Positions 12,096-26,100 of a stretch of DNA of 64,000 nucleotides are shown here, one piece after another (within the stretch, counting starts at the first letter, position 1; every line of letters starts with the position of its first letter). Where the stretch lies: assembly GCA_964016885.1 (NCBI GenBank), contig OZ024740.1, forward strand, positions 245,892,001 to 245,956,000, read 5' to 3'. A model generated the notes under the pieces. The model made no database searches, was not told the DNA's origin, and saw nothing but the letters and a program-made list of their open reading frames with translations. The translations under genes and the position numbers were made by a program. This DNA comes from Eledone cirrhosa (Eukaryota).

Positions 12096-13360
12096 TATCA
12101 TTATTAATACTCTGCTTCTTAAGGATACAGACTATGGTGAAATACCAAATGTAGAATCCCCCATTGGTAGCCGGACCTTAGTAGCATTGAGTTCTGAAAC
12201 TAGTGAACCATCAATAACTAAATGTTACACACCAATACACTATATATACACAAAAAGTTCCATTTTTTCGTTCTTCCGACATCAATTTGCAATATGGCTT
12301 GTTAAGATGTGCTTGATTCCATAAAAAGATTTATTTTCCGTTATTTCACCTAGATTTGATGCGTCTCTTCAGTATATATATATTATCACTTTCAAGATCA
12401 TTAATTCAATACATCTACATATGTTAATTCTACTTCTATTTTATAGAGACACCCTGTAATCAGTGTCCCATCTAACCTTCAAACGCTGTAAGTTTCTTTC
12501 ATTTTGCTTGAGCTGGAAAAAAAATTCTTATACACCATTTCAAATTGAAATAAAATCATTAAAATATTTTAATAAAGTATTATTCTTCATTTTAAAATAT
12601 AACATGCTAACAAAGAAACCTTTATGTGTGCACTCAACATTTTAGAAACAGCAGGTGATCATAACTGGAATGCATTTGATTGTATGTCTGCTCAATCAGG
12701 GTTAAACGACATCATCATCATTTTCATTTGATTTCTTTGCTAGTATGATTTAGCTGGACTCTTATGGTCAGTTCTTATTCAGAATCATTACTCCTAGATA
12801 GGTCAAATCCAGTACTGGGGTGGATTCTTTCTTTATATCTATTTCTCACTTCCTCTCTGGAAGAAATCACTGTGTGCAGACCTGAAGAGGGATGGGCTCC
12901 CTCAAGTTAAAAATGCTCAAGACATGTGTGTCAATACGCCATCCTTATAACTTTGTCAGGAGTTACAAGTTCATACATGTATATACAGATAGGGGAAACC
13001 ACATCTCACTTGTATGTTCCATTTTTTGCATGGTTTCTACAGCAGGATGCGATTCTTAACACTAACCTTTGAAGATCCAAGAGTTCTCTCTAATCTTTGT
13101 TTATTCAAAGCAGGAATGACCAAGAGAGTATATAGAAGAAAAAGTATGAATATGTGTGATGGATGAGACACAAGGTTAACATAACAGGGGAGGATGTAAT
13201 CAAAGCGATGTGATGATAGCTTTGTGATGAATGGAGATGTAATGAAAGTAGGAGAGAGTGATATGTCAACAATGACTAAAATGATTTATGTGAACAGTGG
13301 CAGAAGAGTTGAACTCAATGAGTAGAGTAGAATGAAACTGATTTGAGAGAATTGAAGTCA

Positions 13361-15942
13361 ATGAGTAAAGTGAACAGTGATTAAGAAGTAATGTGAGTGA
13401 GTGGACTATGTGAACAGTGATAGAGGGGCTAGTGAGTAAAGTGATTTATGTGAACAGTGATTAAGGAGTAATGTGAGTGAGTGGACTATGTGAACAGTGA
13501 TAGAGGGGCTAGTGAGTAAAGTGATTTATGTGAACAGTGATTAAGAAGTAATGTGAGTGAGTGGACTATGTGAACAGTGATAGAGGGGCTAGTGAGTAAA
13601 GTGATTTATGTGAACAGTGATTAAGGAGTAATGTGAGTGAGTGGACTATGTGAACAGTGATAGAGGGGCTAGTGAGTAAAGTGATTTATGTGAACAGTGA
13701 TTAAGGAGTAATGTGAGTGAGTGGACTATGTGAACAGTGATAGAGGGGCTAGTGAGTAAAGTGATTTATGTGAACAGTGATTAAGAAGTAATGTGAGTGA
13801 GTGGACTATGTGAACAGTGATAGAGGGGCTAGTGAGTAAAGTGATTTATGTGAACAGTGATTAAGGAGTAATGTGAGTGAGTGGACTATGTGAACAGTGA
13901 TAGAGGGGCTAGTGAGTAAAGTGATTTATGTGAACAGTGATTAAGGAGTAATGTGAGTGAGTGGACTATGTGAACAGTGATAGAGGGGCTAGTGAGTAAA
14001 GTGATTTATGTGAACAGTGATTAAGGAGTAATGTGAGTGAGTGGACTATGTGAACAGTGATAGAGGGGCTAGTGAGTAAAGTGATTTATGTGAACAGTGA
14101 TTAAGGAGTAATGTGAGTGAGTGGACTATGTGAACAGTGATAGAGGGGCTAGTGAGTAAAGTGATTTATGTGAACAGTGATTAAGGAGTAATGTGAGTGA
14201 GTGGACTATGTGACCAGTGATAGAGGGGCTAGTGAGTAAAGTGATTTATGTGAACAGTGATTAAGGAGTAATGTGAGTGAGTGGACTATGTGACCAGTGA
14301 TAGAGGGGCTAGTGAGTAAAGTGATTTATGTGAACAGTGATTAAGGAGTAATGTGAGTGAGTGGACTATGTGAACAGTGACATAGGGGCTAGTGAGTAAA
14401 GTGATTTATGTGAACAGTGATTAAGGAGTAATGTGAGTGAGTGGACTATGTGAACAGTGATAGAGGGGCTAGTGAGTAAAGTGATTTATGTGAACAGTGA
14501 TTAAGGAGTAATGTGAGTGAGTGGACTATGTGAACAGTGATAGAGGGGCTAGTGAGTAAAGTGATTTATGTGAACAGTGATTAAGGAGTAATGTGAGTGA
14601 GTGGACTATGTGAACAGTGATAGAGGGGCTAGTGAGTAAAGTGATTTATGTGAACAGTGATTAAGGAGTAATGTGAGTGAGTGGACTATGTGACCAGTGA
14701 TAGAGGGGCTAGTGAGTAAAGTGATTTATGTGAACAGTAATTAAGGAGTAATGTGAGTGAGTGGACTATGTGACCAGTGATAGAGGGGCTAGTGAGTAAA
14801 GTGATTTATGTGAACAGTGATTAAGGAGTAATGTGAGTGAGTGGACTATGTGACCAGTGATAGAGGGGCTAGTGACTAAAGTGATTTATGTGAACAGTGA
14901 TTCAAGAAGTAATGTGAGTGAGTGGACTATGTGACCAGTAATAGAGGGGCTAGTGAGTAAAGTGATTTATGTGAACAGTGATTAAGGAGTAATGTGAGTG
15001 AGTGGACTATGTGAACAGTGACAGAGGGGCTAGTGAGTAAAGTGATTTATGTGAACAGTGATTAAGGAGTAATGTGAGTGAGTGGACTATGTGAACAGTG
15101 ATAGAGGGGCTAGTGAGTAAAGTGATTTATGTGAACAGTGATTAAGGAGTAATGTGAGTGAGTGGACTATGTGAACAGTGATAGAGGGGCTAGTGAGTAA
15201 AGTGATTTATGTGAACAGTGATTAAGGAGTAATGTGAGTGAGTGGACTATTTGAACAGTGATAGAGGGGCTAGTGAGTAAAGTGATTTATGTGAACAGTG
15301 ATTAAGAAGTAATGTGAGTGAGTGGACTATGTGAACAGTGATAGAGGGGCTAGTGAGTAAAGTGATTTATGTGAACAGTGATTAAGGAGTAATGTGAGTG
15401 AGTGGACTATGTGACCAGTGACATAGGGGCTAGTGAGTAAAGTGATTTATGTGAACAGTGATTAAGGAGTAATGTGAGTGAGTGGACTATGTGAACAGTG
15501 ATAGAGGGGCTAGTGAGTAAAGTGATTTATGTGAACAGTGATTAAGAAGTAATGTGAGTGAGTGGACTATGTGAACAGTGACAGAGGGGCTAGTGAGTAA
15601 AGTGATTTATGTGAACAGTGATTAAGGAGTAATGTGAGTGAGTGGACTATGTGAACAGTGACATAGGGGCTAGTGAGTAAAGTGATTTATGTGAACAGTG
15701 ATTAAGGAGTAATGTGAGTGAGTGGACTATGTGAACAGTGATAGAGGGGCTAGTGAGTAAAGTGATTTATGTGAACAGTGATTAAGGAGTAATGTGAGTG
15801 AGTGGACTATGTGAACAGTGATAGAGGGGCTAGTGAGTAAAGTGATTTATGTGAACAGTGATTAAGGAGTAATGTGAGTGAGTGGACTATGTGAACAGTG
15901 ATAGAGGGGCTAGTGAGTAAAGTGATTTATGTGAACAGTGAT
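13361..15942. repeat. 80-bp minisatellite, about 32 copies, made of two diverged 40-bp monomers
   Basis: Unit tgaacagtgattaaggagtaatgtgagtgagtggactatg + tgaacagtgatagaggggctagtgagtaaagtgatttatg; 1-bp insertion near 14903. Confidence 0.98.
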
Positions 15943-16642
15943 AAAATTGTCAAGAGGGCCGAGGGTGTCTTAGCCTCACTCAGCAAGACCTTTGTCAGCC
16001 GCTCTCCAGATATCTATTTAAGGCTGTACATGGCTATGGTGCAGCCACACTTAGAATTTGCATCACCAGTCTGGAACCCCTATCTTGCTCAGAACATTGA
16101 CCGCCTGGAAACTGTTCAGAGACGTGCAACCAAGCGAATACCCTCCATCAGGCACCTACCATACTCTGAGCGCCTTGCTTCCCTGGACATGGATACATTG
16201 AAGCTCCGACGCCTGGTAACTGACTTGGTAAACACCCACAAAATTATTAACCATCTTGCCAACAACAACCCTGAGTACCTTTTTGATTTCCATGTGTCTA
16301 ACACACGTGGACATGCCTACAAAGTCAGAAAGCAGCACAGTTCCCATGACTTTCGGAAACATTTTTTCACGCTCAGAGTTGCTGAAGCATGGAACAAACT
16401 ACCTGCATCAGTTGTTAGCTGTCGAGACACTGTATCCTTTAAGGCCTCCATGCTTCACGAGATTCGCCAACACTACACCTAATGTTCCCCCTTCATACAC
16501 ATACACACATGTATATCATGACTCATACACTATTCACTTCCCTGACATTTGTGTATTATTCTATGTACTATACATGCACCTTTGACGAGTTGTAGCGCAC
16601 CTGAGCACTTTACACAATAATTTCATTATTATCACTATTATT
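15943..16642 (+). mobile_element. CR1/L2-group LINE 3' fragment inserted near the end of the minisatellite
   Basis: LYMAMVQPHLEFASPVWNP...LETVQRRATKRIP..TRGH..FFTLRVAEAWNKLP; AATAA/(ATT)n tail; satellite resumes at 16643-16687. Confidence 0.92.
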
Positions 16643-18129
16643 AACAGTGATAGAGGGGCTAGTGAGTAAAGTGATTCATGTGAACAGAGGGTGACAGTAG
16701 CAAGTAATAGAGATTGAGGGGTGGGGGTTAAACTAAAGGAGTAGATAAAAGAGAGGGAGTAATGTGAGGAGTTGAATTCAATTATGTTTCTACTTCAATA
16801 GTTGGAGAGATTTTCCCACAATAATTGCAGGCCCTCCCAAACATAATATCAATACAAGGGAAGTGAAGTTTGAACATCAGTAGACCAAGCTTGAGAATTC
16901 TAGAGGGATGATGTTCTGAGAGGGGATATTGTACAAAATGTGTCAGATCAGAGGGGCGAGATATAGTTAGAATTAATAAGAAGGGAAATTGCTGTATTCT
17001 GTACGCCCAAATTGGAATGGAGCCTCCACTCCATTTTGTACTGTCCAAACATGATCTTATTGGAATTATTTCCTCTGCTCATTGCTTTGAAAATCTCAAT
17101 TGATCAAAGTTTTTCAACTCTATATTACATAGGTGTATTTTCTGAAGAGAAGGACCAGTCTTTGAGACATAGTCGTAGTTTTTCTTATTTAGTCTACAAT
17201 TTTGGTATGTCTATCTGAAGAAGTATTCCAGATATAGGAGCAAATAGATTGTGAGATCAAATATTACGATAGCTTTGAATTGACCAATGCTTTGGGAGAA
17301 GTATTTGATAGATGGAAACTGCAGAAGCTCATATTATGGGTGTTAGTGTATATATATCTTTTGTCTGTATATCAGTGAGAAAAAAAAACAAAAACTGGTG
17401 TATTTGAAGAAAAGAATAACTTGTATTTATTTATTTATTTCATCTGAGAGGCACAAATACTCTCTTGTCACTTGTGCCACTGGAAATACAGTGAGCCAGT
17501 AATTGGCCCATTGGGTACCTACAACCTACAAAACTATTGATCATAAAAATACATGAAATAAAAGTAAAAAATAAATATTATAGCAAGTTAGAATACCTGC
17601 ACAGAGCTACAGGCCTATAGCAGAACTGATATTCTCAAAAATACAAAAAAAACAATCACACTATTTCAAGTTGGCCAATAATATTGTAAATGTAAACTAC
17701 TAAATTATTGGCTATGGTTTGTACAGTTCTTCTCCAGCATAACCTACCACCACTTGTTGCATTCCTTTGTCATCTCCTGTGTGGGGTTAAGTGTTTTGGG
17801 ATCAACTCTAATCACCTCTGACCAGGTTTTCCTCAGTCTTTGTCTGCTGCAGCTTCCTTTCACTCGCATCTATGATCCTTTTCCAGGATTGGAAAAGATT
17901 TATTTCACTGATGAAATAAACAACCAACTACCCCTGTACATCTGCTATATGTAAAGTCTATCTTTTCTGTTATCCTGCCTACAATCCCATTATACCTCTT
18001 ATGTACCCATACCTTACATGGTGTGTATCATATAGAGTTTCTACCTATTCCTTTCTACATATTGTGCACAACCACATACCTAGTCTTGTTCTCTTTCCTA
18101 TACTAAAACTTTACATACGTATATATATA

Positions 18130-18835
18130 TCATCATCATTACCACCGTTTAATGTCCATTTTTTCATGCTAGCATGGGTTAGATGAGTTGTCCAGATGTG
18201 AGCTAAGCTAGAGCAGATGACCGTGACCTGCTCACTCTGGACCGATTTTGGCTTGGTTTCTACTACTGGATGTCCTCCACATTTGCAGTGTGTACTGGGT
18301 GTTTTTTAATCTTGGTACCAAAACAACCACTTTCTAATGTGGATTGGCGTTGAAGAGGTAGATCTAAGGTAGGGCACATATCAGGTGAGGGGATGGATCA
18401 GGGAGGGGTATTAGGGCATTGGAGTTGTATGGAAAGAGGAGGTAAGGGTAAGTAGTGTATACTAGATGTATGTTTCAACCTGTGCACATAAGGAGGTGAG
18501 TCTTCTGTATTACTGCATAATGCCAGAGATCTCGAGCCTGTCATCACCTTTGAGAGGTGTAATTGTGCAAGGTCAGCTTTTATCACCTCATCTGAAGTCT
18601 TTCTAATCCATAGCTTCCATCAACTTTGTGTACCCTGCACCTTTTTACACAGCTGTCATCCAGGATATACATCACATGTCCATACTAACACAATCTCCTC
18701 TCCTGCACACTGCATCTGATGCCTCTTGTTCCCAATTTCTCTGTCAGTCCATTTATGCTTTGCCATTCATGTATATTACTATTACACATCCATCAGAGCA
18801 TGCAAGCTTCATTTCTTTCCAATCTTCACAGATCG
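18130..18835 (-). mobile_element. Old RTE 3' fragment
   Basis: Degenerate match to [16 protein letters not shown] and the 3' UTR/(GAT)n tail. Confidence 0.8.
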
Positions 18836-18921
18836 CCCACTCCCCCCCCCCCCTCTCTCTCTATATATATATATATTAAGGGAAGAAGCTTTTATTTTTT
18901 TCAACTCCATTTTATTACCTA

Positions 18922-21012
18922 CTAGCAGTAGTACCTGGCGTTGCACGGGATAAGGTATTTTGGAATGCGGGCCGCCAACAAACCTAATCGTGGAAAAACT
19001 GCATGCCTGGACAATATGTAAAGAAAATAAACCGAATACTCTGATGGCTGGATAATCTTTAAGATTTTCCTCAATGAAGCAGGAAAAATGTAGGTTTTCA
19101 CCTAATGTGGGCCCTAGGGGATCAAGAAAATGAATTTTTTTATGTGCATAATATGCCTTTAAATTTTGGAATAATCGGCTAGACGTAACACCTCCAAAAG
19201 GCCCTAAGAAGCTGAAAAAATGAAGTTTTTCACCTAATGCGGGCCCTAGGCCATAAGAAAGTTGGATTTTCTTTATTTACGGTATGAAGAAGAGACTGAC
19301 TAATACATAGTTACAATTTCAAGGAAATCGGTCTGAAGTAACGGCTAAAAAAACCACTAAAAATCTTTAAAAATGCAGTTTTTCACCTAATGCGTGCCCT
19401 AGGAGATAAAAAAAAGTTGAATTTTTTATGTGCATAACACTCCCTGAAACATAAGTAATACACATGTAAAGTTTGAAAAAATCGGTTGGGTACTTCTCGA
19501 GATTTAGGGATTCAAACTCACAGACACACACACAGACAGACATCCTCAGGGAAGTGACATAATGCAGACAGTCAGACATACAGACAGATATTATAAGGGC
19601 GCAATGTTATATGTATGTATCTATCTAAAAAGAGAAAGATCGCTAAATTGCCTAATGCGGTCCCTAGGGCATTGAAAATTTGAAATAGTTTTTGCTCAGA
19701 ACACTCCCTGAAACATAAGTATTAGATGTGTAAAGTTTGAAAACAGTCAGTTTGGTGCTTCTCTACAATACTAAGCGGTAAAATAGTAACTTGTGTTCTC
19801 GTAAAGGCACGTAAGTAAACAAACTGAAGCTATTACAGCGATGTTTTTCTTTACCGGCTTTAATTTTTAGTGTTGTGTGAAATATATAACCTGCAAACCT
19901 GATTTTTGAATCGCAGCAGGGTCGACTTTATTTCACTCGCTCCACTAAAAGGTGGATTTTCTTTGCTCACGGTATGAAGAAGAGACTAATACATAGTTAC
20001 CGGCTTTCATTTTTAGTGTTGTGTGAAACATATAACCGCCTTAGTTAAGCTTAGTATTGCTGACGTAATGCAGACAGACAGTCAGACATACAAGCAGATA
20101 ATATAAGGGCGCTACGTTATACGTATGTATCTATCTAAAAAGAGAAAGACTAAGAATTATAGAGTGAGATCACTAAATCGCCTAATTCGTCACAGCGATA
20201 GAGGGGAGGAATGTTAGTGTGTTACAAAGAGAAAGAGTGAGAGTGAGAGAAACAGACAGACTAAAAGAGAGGGATAGCTGGAGAGAGAGAGATAGCAACA
20301 GATACAGTACAGTAGCTAAGGGATGTATATATATTCTTGTGTGTATATATATATACATTTCTGTGTGTGTAATATATATATATATACATACAGAAATATA
20401 TATACATTTCTGTGTGTGTATATATATATATTACACACACAGAAATGTATATATATTTCTGTATGTGTATATATATATATTACACACACAGAAATGTATA
20501 TATATTTCTGTATGTGTATATATATATATTACACACACAGAAATGTATATATATTTCTGTATGTGTATATATATATATTACACACACAGAAATGTATATA
20601 TATTTCTGTATGTGTATATATATATATTACACACACAGAAATGTATATATATTTCTGTATGTGTATATATATATATTACACACACAGAAATGTATATATA
20701 TTTCTGTATGTCTATATATATATATTACACACACAGAAATGTATATATATTTCTGTGTGTATATATATATATTTCTGTGTGTGTATATATATATATATAT
20801 ATTACACACACACAGAAATGTATATATGTTTCTGTAGCACTCCTCAATTCCCCCCCTCTCTCCCTCCCGCTATCCCCTTCTTGTAGTATGTCTCTTTCTT
20901 TCACTCTCACTCTCTCACTCTACGCGTGCGCAAAAAACATTTGCACGCGCGCACGTGTTTCCACTGTTGGACAGACAGACAGAGAAATTGCTGGTTATAT
21001 ATTATAAGGAGA
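18922..21012 (-). mobile_element. Non-autonomous Helitron with internal duplications and a 49-bp minisatellite
   Basis: Minus strand A|TC...cccgtgcaacgccagg hairpin...CTAG|T; (ACAG)n near the 5' end; shares internal sequence with 60033-60659. Confidence 0.78.
20340..20835. repeat. 49-bp tandem repeat (about 8 copies) with an internal imperfect palindrome cagaaatgtatatatatttctg
   Basis: agaaatg recurs at 20441, 20490, 20539 and onward. Confidence 0.9.
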
Positions 21013-21299
21013 TTATGCAGCATTTCAGAGGTGATGAATAGCTTAATAGTTTCTTGTTCAGCAGATAGGTGATTTTATTTTAGATCATATTTTGTATGGT
21101 ATACTTCCATGTAATATATAGTTTTTTTAGAGTTGACTCCAATCAGTATTAACTTTTATTATTCCACCTGTTGTTTGTTGGTGCTGTCAAGGTAGTAAGT
21201 TTTGTGTTATTTCATTAACTGCATGATTGTATCCGTGAATTTGAATTTGTGTATGTGCATGTGTTTATGTGTGTTTGTATGTTTGTTTCTTATATATAT

Positions 21300-22605
21300 A
21301 TCATCATCATCGTTTAACGTCTATCTTCCACGCTACCATGAGTTAGACGGGTGACCGTGTCTCGCTCGTATAGGACTGTCTGGCAGGTTTTCTACAGCTG
21401 GATGTCCTTCCTAACACCAATCACATTTACAGTGTGGACTGGGATGTTTTTATTGTTACCTACACAGCCACATTACAGCGTGGACTGTGTTTTCTTTTTT
21501 GTCGTGACACCTACACGACCTCATTTATTTTGGACTGGATGTTGTGGCACCAACATAACTTTACAGAGAAAAGGTAGTGTTGGTGGGAGTGGGAGGATGG
21601 AGTAGGGGTAGTGGATTGGGGTGTATATTTGGTTAAGAGGTGCCTACTGACTTTAGGTTCCACTTTGTACATAGGCAAGGCGGGTCTTCTGTAGTACTGC
21701 GTGGCACCAAAGATCTCGGTCCAGTGACATTGACTTAGAGAGGTGCAAGTGTATAAGGTTGGAATTTATCAAATCGTCCCAGGTTTTTCTATGTCTACCT
21801 ACTCCGTAACTTCCCTCAATTTTGATCGCCCTGTACGTTTTTATACAGCTGTCGTCTTTCATGCGCATCACGTGACCATACCAATGTAGTCTTCTCTCAA
21901 GTAAACAGCATCTGATCCCTCTTATTACTAATTTCTCACTAAGTTCATTTATGTTTTGCCATTCGCGTATATTACTATTATACATCCAACGGAGCATGCA
22001 TGCTTTGTTCCTGTCCAGTCTACACAGGTCCTCTGCACACAATGCCCATGTCTCACTGCCATGTAACATTGCTGTTCGTATACAAGCATCATACAATCTG
22101 CCTTTCATTTTTAGAGAGAAACCTTTTATGGCCAACAGCGGCATAAGCTCTCTGAACTTTTTCCATCCCGTTCTGACTCTGGCTACTGTACTTTCAGAGC
22201 ACCCTCCACTGCTGCTGATTTTGTCACCCAGGTAACGGAAAATGTCCACTATTTCTATAGAACCATCTGGGCAGTAGGAGCTAGTATTCTGTGGGCACCT
22301 GAGCATCAGCCACATAAAATCTACGTTCTTAGATAGCTTACATGTGATTCCCACTACATCTTTTATGTACCCATAGTTTGCATTTGGGACATAAAATGGA
22401 GTTTCTACCTACTCCTTTCCTACACACTGAGCATGGCCATTTTCCTTTCTACATACTAGAACTTTAGTCTTAGACAAGTTAACTTTAGGGCCTTTTGATT
22501 CTAGGCTATGCTTCCATGTTTTGAATTTTTTCTCTAGTTCAGCCATAGATTCAGCTATGAGAGTTAGATCACCTGCGTATAGAAGTTCCCATGGGCAGCT
22601 GGTCA
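21300..22605 (-). mobile_element. 5'-truncated RTE LINE with small deletions
   Basis: ORFs 21653-22354 and 22409-22606 (YADD mutated to YAGD). Confidence 0.93.
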
Positions 22606-22665
22606 TATATTTAATATAGAAATGGCTTCTACAGGACTAGAACCATTTCATTGGAAGGAAACCAA

Positions 22666-22717
22666 GGCTTTCCTGATGATTCCCTTCGAATGAAACAGGT
22701 CTAGTCCTGTAGAAGCC
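22666..22717 (+). ncRNA. Type I hammerhead motif, same family as 1581-1648, inside inverted repeat 22607-22735
   Basis: ggctttc CTGATGA ttcccttcgaat GAAA cagg tctagt cctg TA gaagcc. Confidence 0.68.
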
Positions 22718-22786
22718 ATTTCTATATTAAATATTTATATTCTGCTATATGGTTAACCCCGGGATACACACACACATATATATATA

Positions 22787-23456
22787 TTTATTAAAATAAC
22801 AGATTAAATTTTAAGCAAAGAATCGCTGCTTTCACCCTTAACGGGATCTTCTGAAACTAAAAAAATCAATCTGTGAACGCAGAAGTGAATATTTTGAAAA
22901 ACGTTGCAACCGAAGGAAAACAGGAAGACGATACTTTGGTTCGTGAAGACGCTCCCTGGCAATGAACGGAAAAAAGCGAATATAATACGTCGTTATGTGG
23001 AGCGATGTGAAAAAATACATGCAAAGACAAAACCACATCTATGGTATAAAAGGAGTCATTAGACTAATATTCTATCTAGGAAACCGAATGATTCTTGGCT
23101 TCGGAGTTAAGAATAATGTAAATAAATTAGTTGAACGAAAATGACAGAGGTTATTAAAATCATAAAAGTAATTTATTTACATTATTCTTAACTCCGAAGC
23201 CAAGAATCATTCGGTTTCCTAAATAGAATATTAGTCTAATGACCCCTTTTATACCATAAACGTGGTTTTGTCTTTACATGTATTTGTTCACATCGCTCCA
23301 CATAACGACGTATTATCTTCGCTTTTTTCCGTTCATTGCCAAAGTATCGTCTTCCTGCCTTCCTTCGGTTGCAACGTTTTTCAAAATATTTACTTCTCCG
23401 TTCACAGATTGATTGTTTTAGTTTCAGAAGAAACTTTAATCTGTTATTTTAATAAA
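22787..23456. repeat. Foldback element (arms about 22787-23129 and 23169-23456); Penelope-like terminal repeat carrying a variant hammerhead
   Basis: Arms are reverse complements with small indels; pieces recur at 9895-9955 and 60386-60630. Confidence 0.8.
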
Positions 23457-23579
23457 TATTTGCTCTAGGGTTCTTATATATTTTATATATATTTATCCTT
23501 ATCGAGCCCTCTTTGGATTTTAGTCTTCACATTTATTATTATTACTATATATATATATATATATATATGCAAATACGAC

Positions 23580-25200
23580 TAAGAAATAAGTTTGGTTATT
23601 TGGAAACATGACAATGTGTGTTAGGTAAAAATGTCAAGAAAGTAGAATAAAAAGAACAGTCAACTCAAATAAAAGAGTGAGGATGATAGAAATTTTTAAT
23701 GGTCCCAAATATTTCAGGATTTCCATCCATTATCAAGGGGAGTCCATAGGGAGGACCTCAGAGAGAAACCTGAGAAATGTTGTGGGCAGCTGTTCGATTT
23801 GTTTTGAAAAACAAAACCTTAAAGTCTAATGTTGTTTGCACATGTGTATGATATATTCATGTGTAGTGAAGAACAGATTTTTAAGGGATAAAGGAATAAA
23901 GGTGTGTGAGCATAGTTGGTCTGTAATATTTTTTGTCTGCTAACTGACCACCCAAAGCTGATAAGGAATTTCTTTGCTGCTAACATTAGTCATGTCAAAC
24001 TAGGCTAGGAAACGAACATTTGTTAGACTGGACAGCTGGGATGATGGAACGGTGGTATATATAGGTTTGGATAAGTTAGATTAGCCATTGTGCCGCATTC
24101 CTTTCCAGTCTATTATTAATGGAGGCTTTAGTTGCTTAACCAAGAGGGCTTCCTTGATTCTCAGCATGCCTATACTGCACCCGGTCATCAAGATGGTGGT
24201 GGTTATTTTACTGTTCCTGTTTCTGCATTTGATGATGTGTTTGCAGAAGGAAGAGGGGTTGGTGTTGATGTGTTCTTTAATTCGGAGGTGAAAGGGTCAA
24301 ATAGTGCAGCCAATGTAGAATTGGCTGCATTTGTCATATTCCACGTAGGCAACAATCAGTGTTGTGGGTAGGGCAATTGGCTAGGATGTATCTGTTACCT
24401 TCGCTGTGGGGTTGTCTTGTGGAAGGTCCCGAGTGTGCCAGTCTGATATTGAGGCCCTCTTTCCTGATGGCTCTGCATATGACGACGGTAGTCTATTCAC
24501 TGAGGTATGGGATCTTGAAGAAGCAACTATTGTCTGCGTTGGTCTGGTTTCTGAGTCTGGGGTTTCACCGTGGGGCGGAGAAGGAAGTTGGGGAGCCGTT
24601 GGTCTCTAACACCCTGTGGAACCGTCTGATATGAGTGGCTCTGTTTGTAGTGTCACTGCATCTGTTGTGTATTCAAGCAATTCCATGAGAAATGTACCCT
24701 CTTTTAGAGCTGTTGGGGAGAGTAGATTTGTAGTGGACAAAAAAGCCCCTGCTGGCTGCTCTGCAGTAGAAATTGGTGTGGATTTCACCGCTTTCAGTGA
24801 TGTTCAGTCTGAAGTTGAGCAGGGTGAGGGATCCAGAGTCAGTGGGATGTTCCACGCTGAACATGATGTTTATATCAGTGTTGTTGAAAGACTTGAATAC
24901 CCTGTTGGAATTCTCATGGGTGGATGTAACCATGAGTATATCATCCACATATCTAGCAAAGAATGTGCAGGTGTTGCATGAGCTGAGTACTCAGCATTCA
25001 AGGCTGTTCCTGTAAGATATGGCCAATAAACCCAACAAGCTGGATCACATTGGTAGTCCAGAAGGTAGGTGTGGCCCAGGAAACTGAAAAACGTGTTGTT
25101 GACAACAATGGATAGGAGCTGGTGGATATCGGTGGTGGTGAGGCTGAAACATTCTAGGTTGCTGGAACAGACATTCAGTGAGTGTCCACAGCCATGAACG
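23580..25200 (-). mobile_element. Decayed Penelope-like retroelement (RT C-terminal half, GIY-YIG remnant, 3' region)
   Basis: RYVDDIL-like, IMFSVEHP..LTLLN, FVHYKSTLP RT motifs; [14 protein letters not shown] endonuclease end; degenerate hammerhead near 23703-23742. Confidence 0.82.
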
Positions 25201-25494
25201 TATGTACGAATGAACACAGATGATTGGAATGTCTTAGATTATAGGTCTCCTCAATCAAGGCTGACCTGGAGCTAAACAAAAGCCATGTACAAATTTTCTC
25301 AAAGCAATGAAAGAGCCTCCGTGATCACTTGGCTTGCTACAAATTGCAACCAAATATCCTTCAAATTTTACATTCTTAAAATAAAGGATACATTATACAA
25401 AGTAGTCCTAGTTAAACTATGCCTGAATCGTGGCTGGAATGTCTTTGATAATAGGTCTGTTAGATCAAGACGAACCTAGACAGCATAGTTGTTT

Positions 25495-26100
25495 CATCAT
25501 CATTTAACGTCCATCTTCCACGTTAACATGGATTAGACGGTTTTGTTCCATTTGATGCAGGAATGGTCGAGAGACCATGTCTCGCTTGCACGGAAGTGTC
25601 TCTGGCAGGTTATTTTACAGGTGGATGCCCTTCCTAACACCAACTACATTTACAGTGTGAACTGGGAGCCTTTTCACCGTGTCTCCTACATGGCCACTTT
25701 ACAGTGTGGACTGTTGTGTCATTGACACAGTGGATGGAACGGGAGAGAGAGGATGGGGTAGGGTGTGGGTTGTACATTGGGTTAAGTGGTGCCTACTGAC
25801 TGTAGGTTTGTATGCAATGGCAGTCGGGTCTTCTGTACAACTACATGGCACCAAAGGTCACGATCCAGTGTCATTGTCTAAGAGAGGTGTAGGTGAGCAA
25901 GGCCAGTTTTTATCACCTCATCCCAGGTTTTTCTTGGTCTACCCACTCTGTAGCTTCCATCAATTTTCATTGCCCCGCACTTTTTTATACAGCTGTTGTC
26001 CTTCATACGCATCACATGTCCATACCAATGCAATCTCCTCTCCAGAACACAACATTTGATGCCTCTTATGCTTCGCCTTTCATACACATTACTATTACAA
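25495..26100 (-). mobile_element. RTE 3' fragment
   Basis: [25 protein letters not shown] plus 3' UTR. Confidence 0.88.

Noticed and set aside
12878-12945. CTGAAGAG...ctc aagacatgtgtgTC, hammerhead-like
   Set aside because: GAAA is absent and stem I does not pair; at most a very old relic
13361-15942. CRISPR-like look: constant 15-mer separated by 25-bp spacers
   Set aside because: Only two spacers alternate, there are no cas genes and the context is eukaryotic; it is a minisatellite
16780-17300. Possible decayed Penelope-like coding sequence on the minus strand
   Set aside because: Motifs too degraded to support a call
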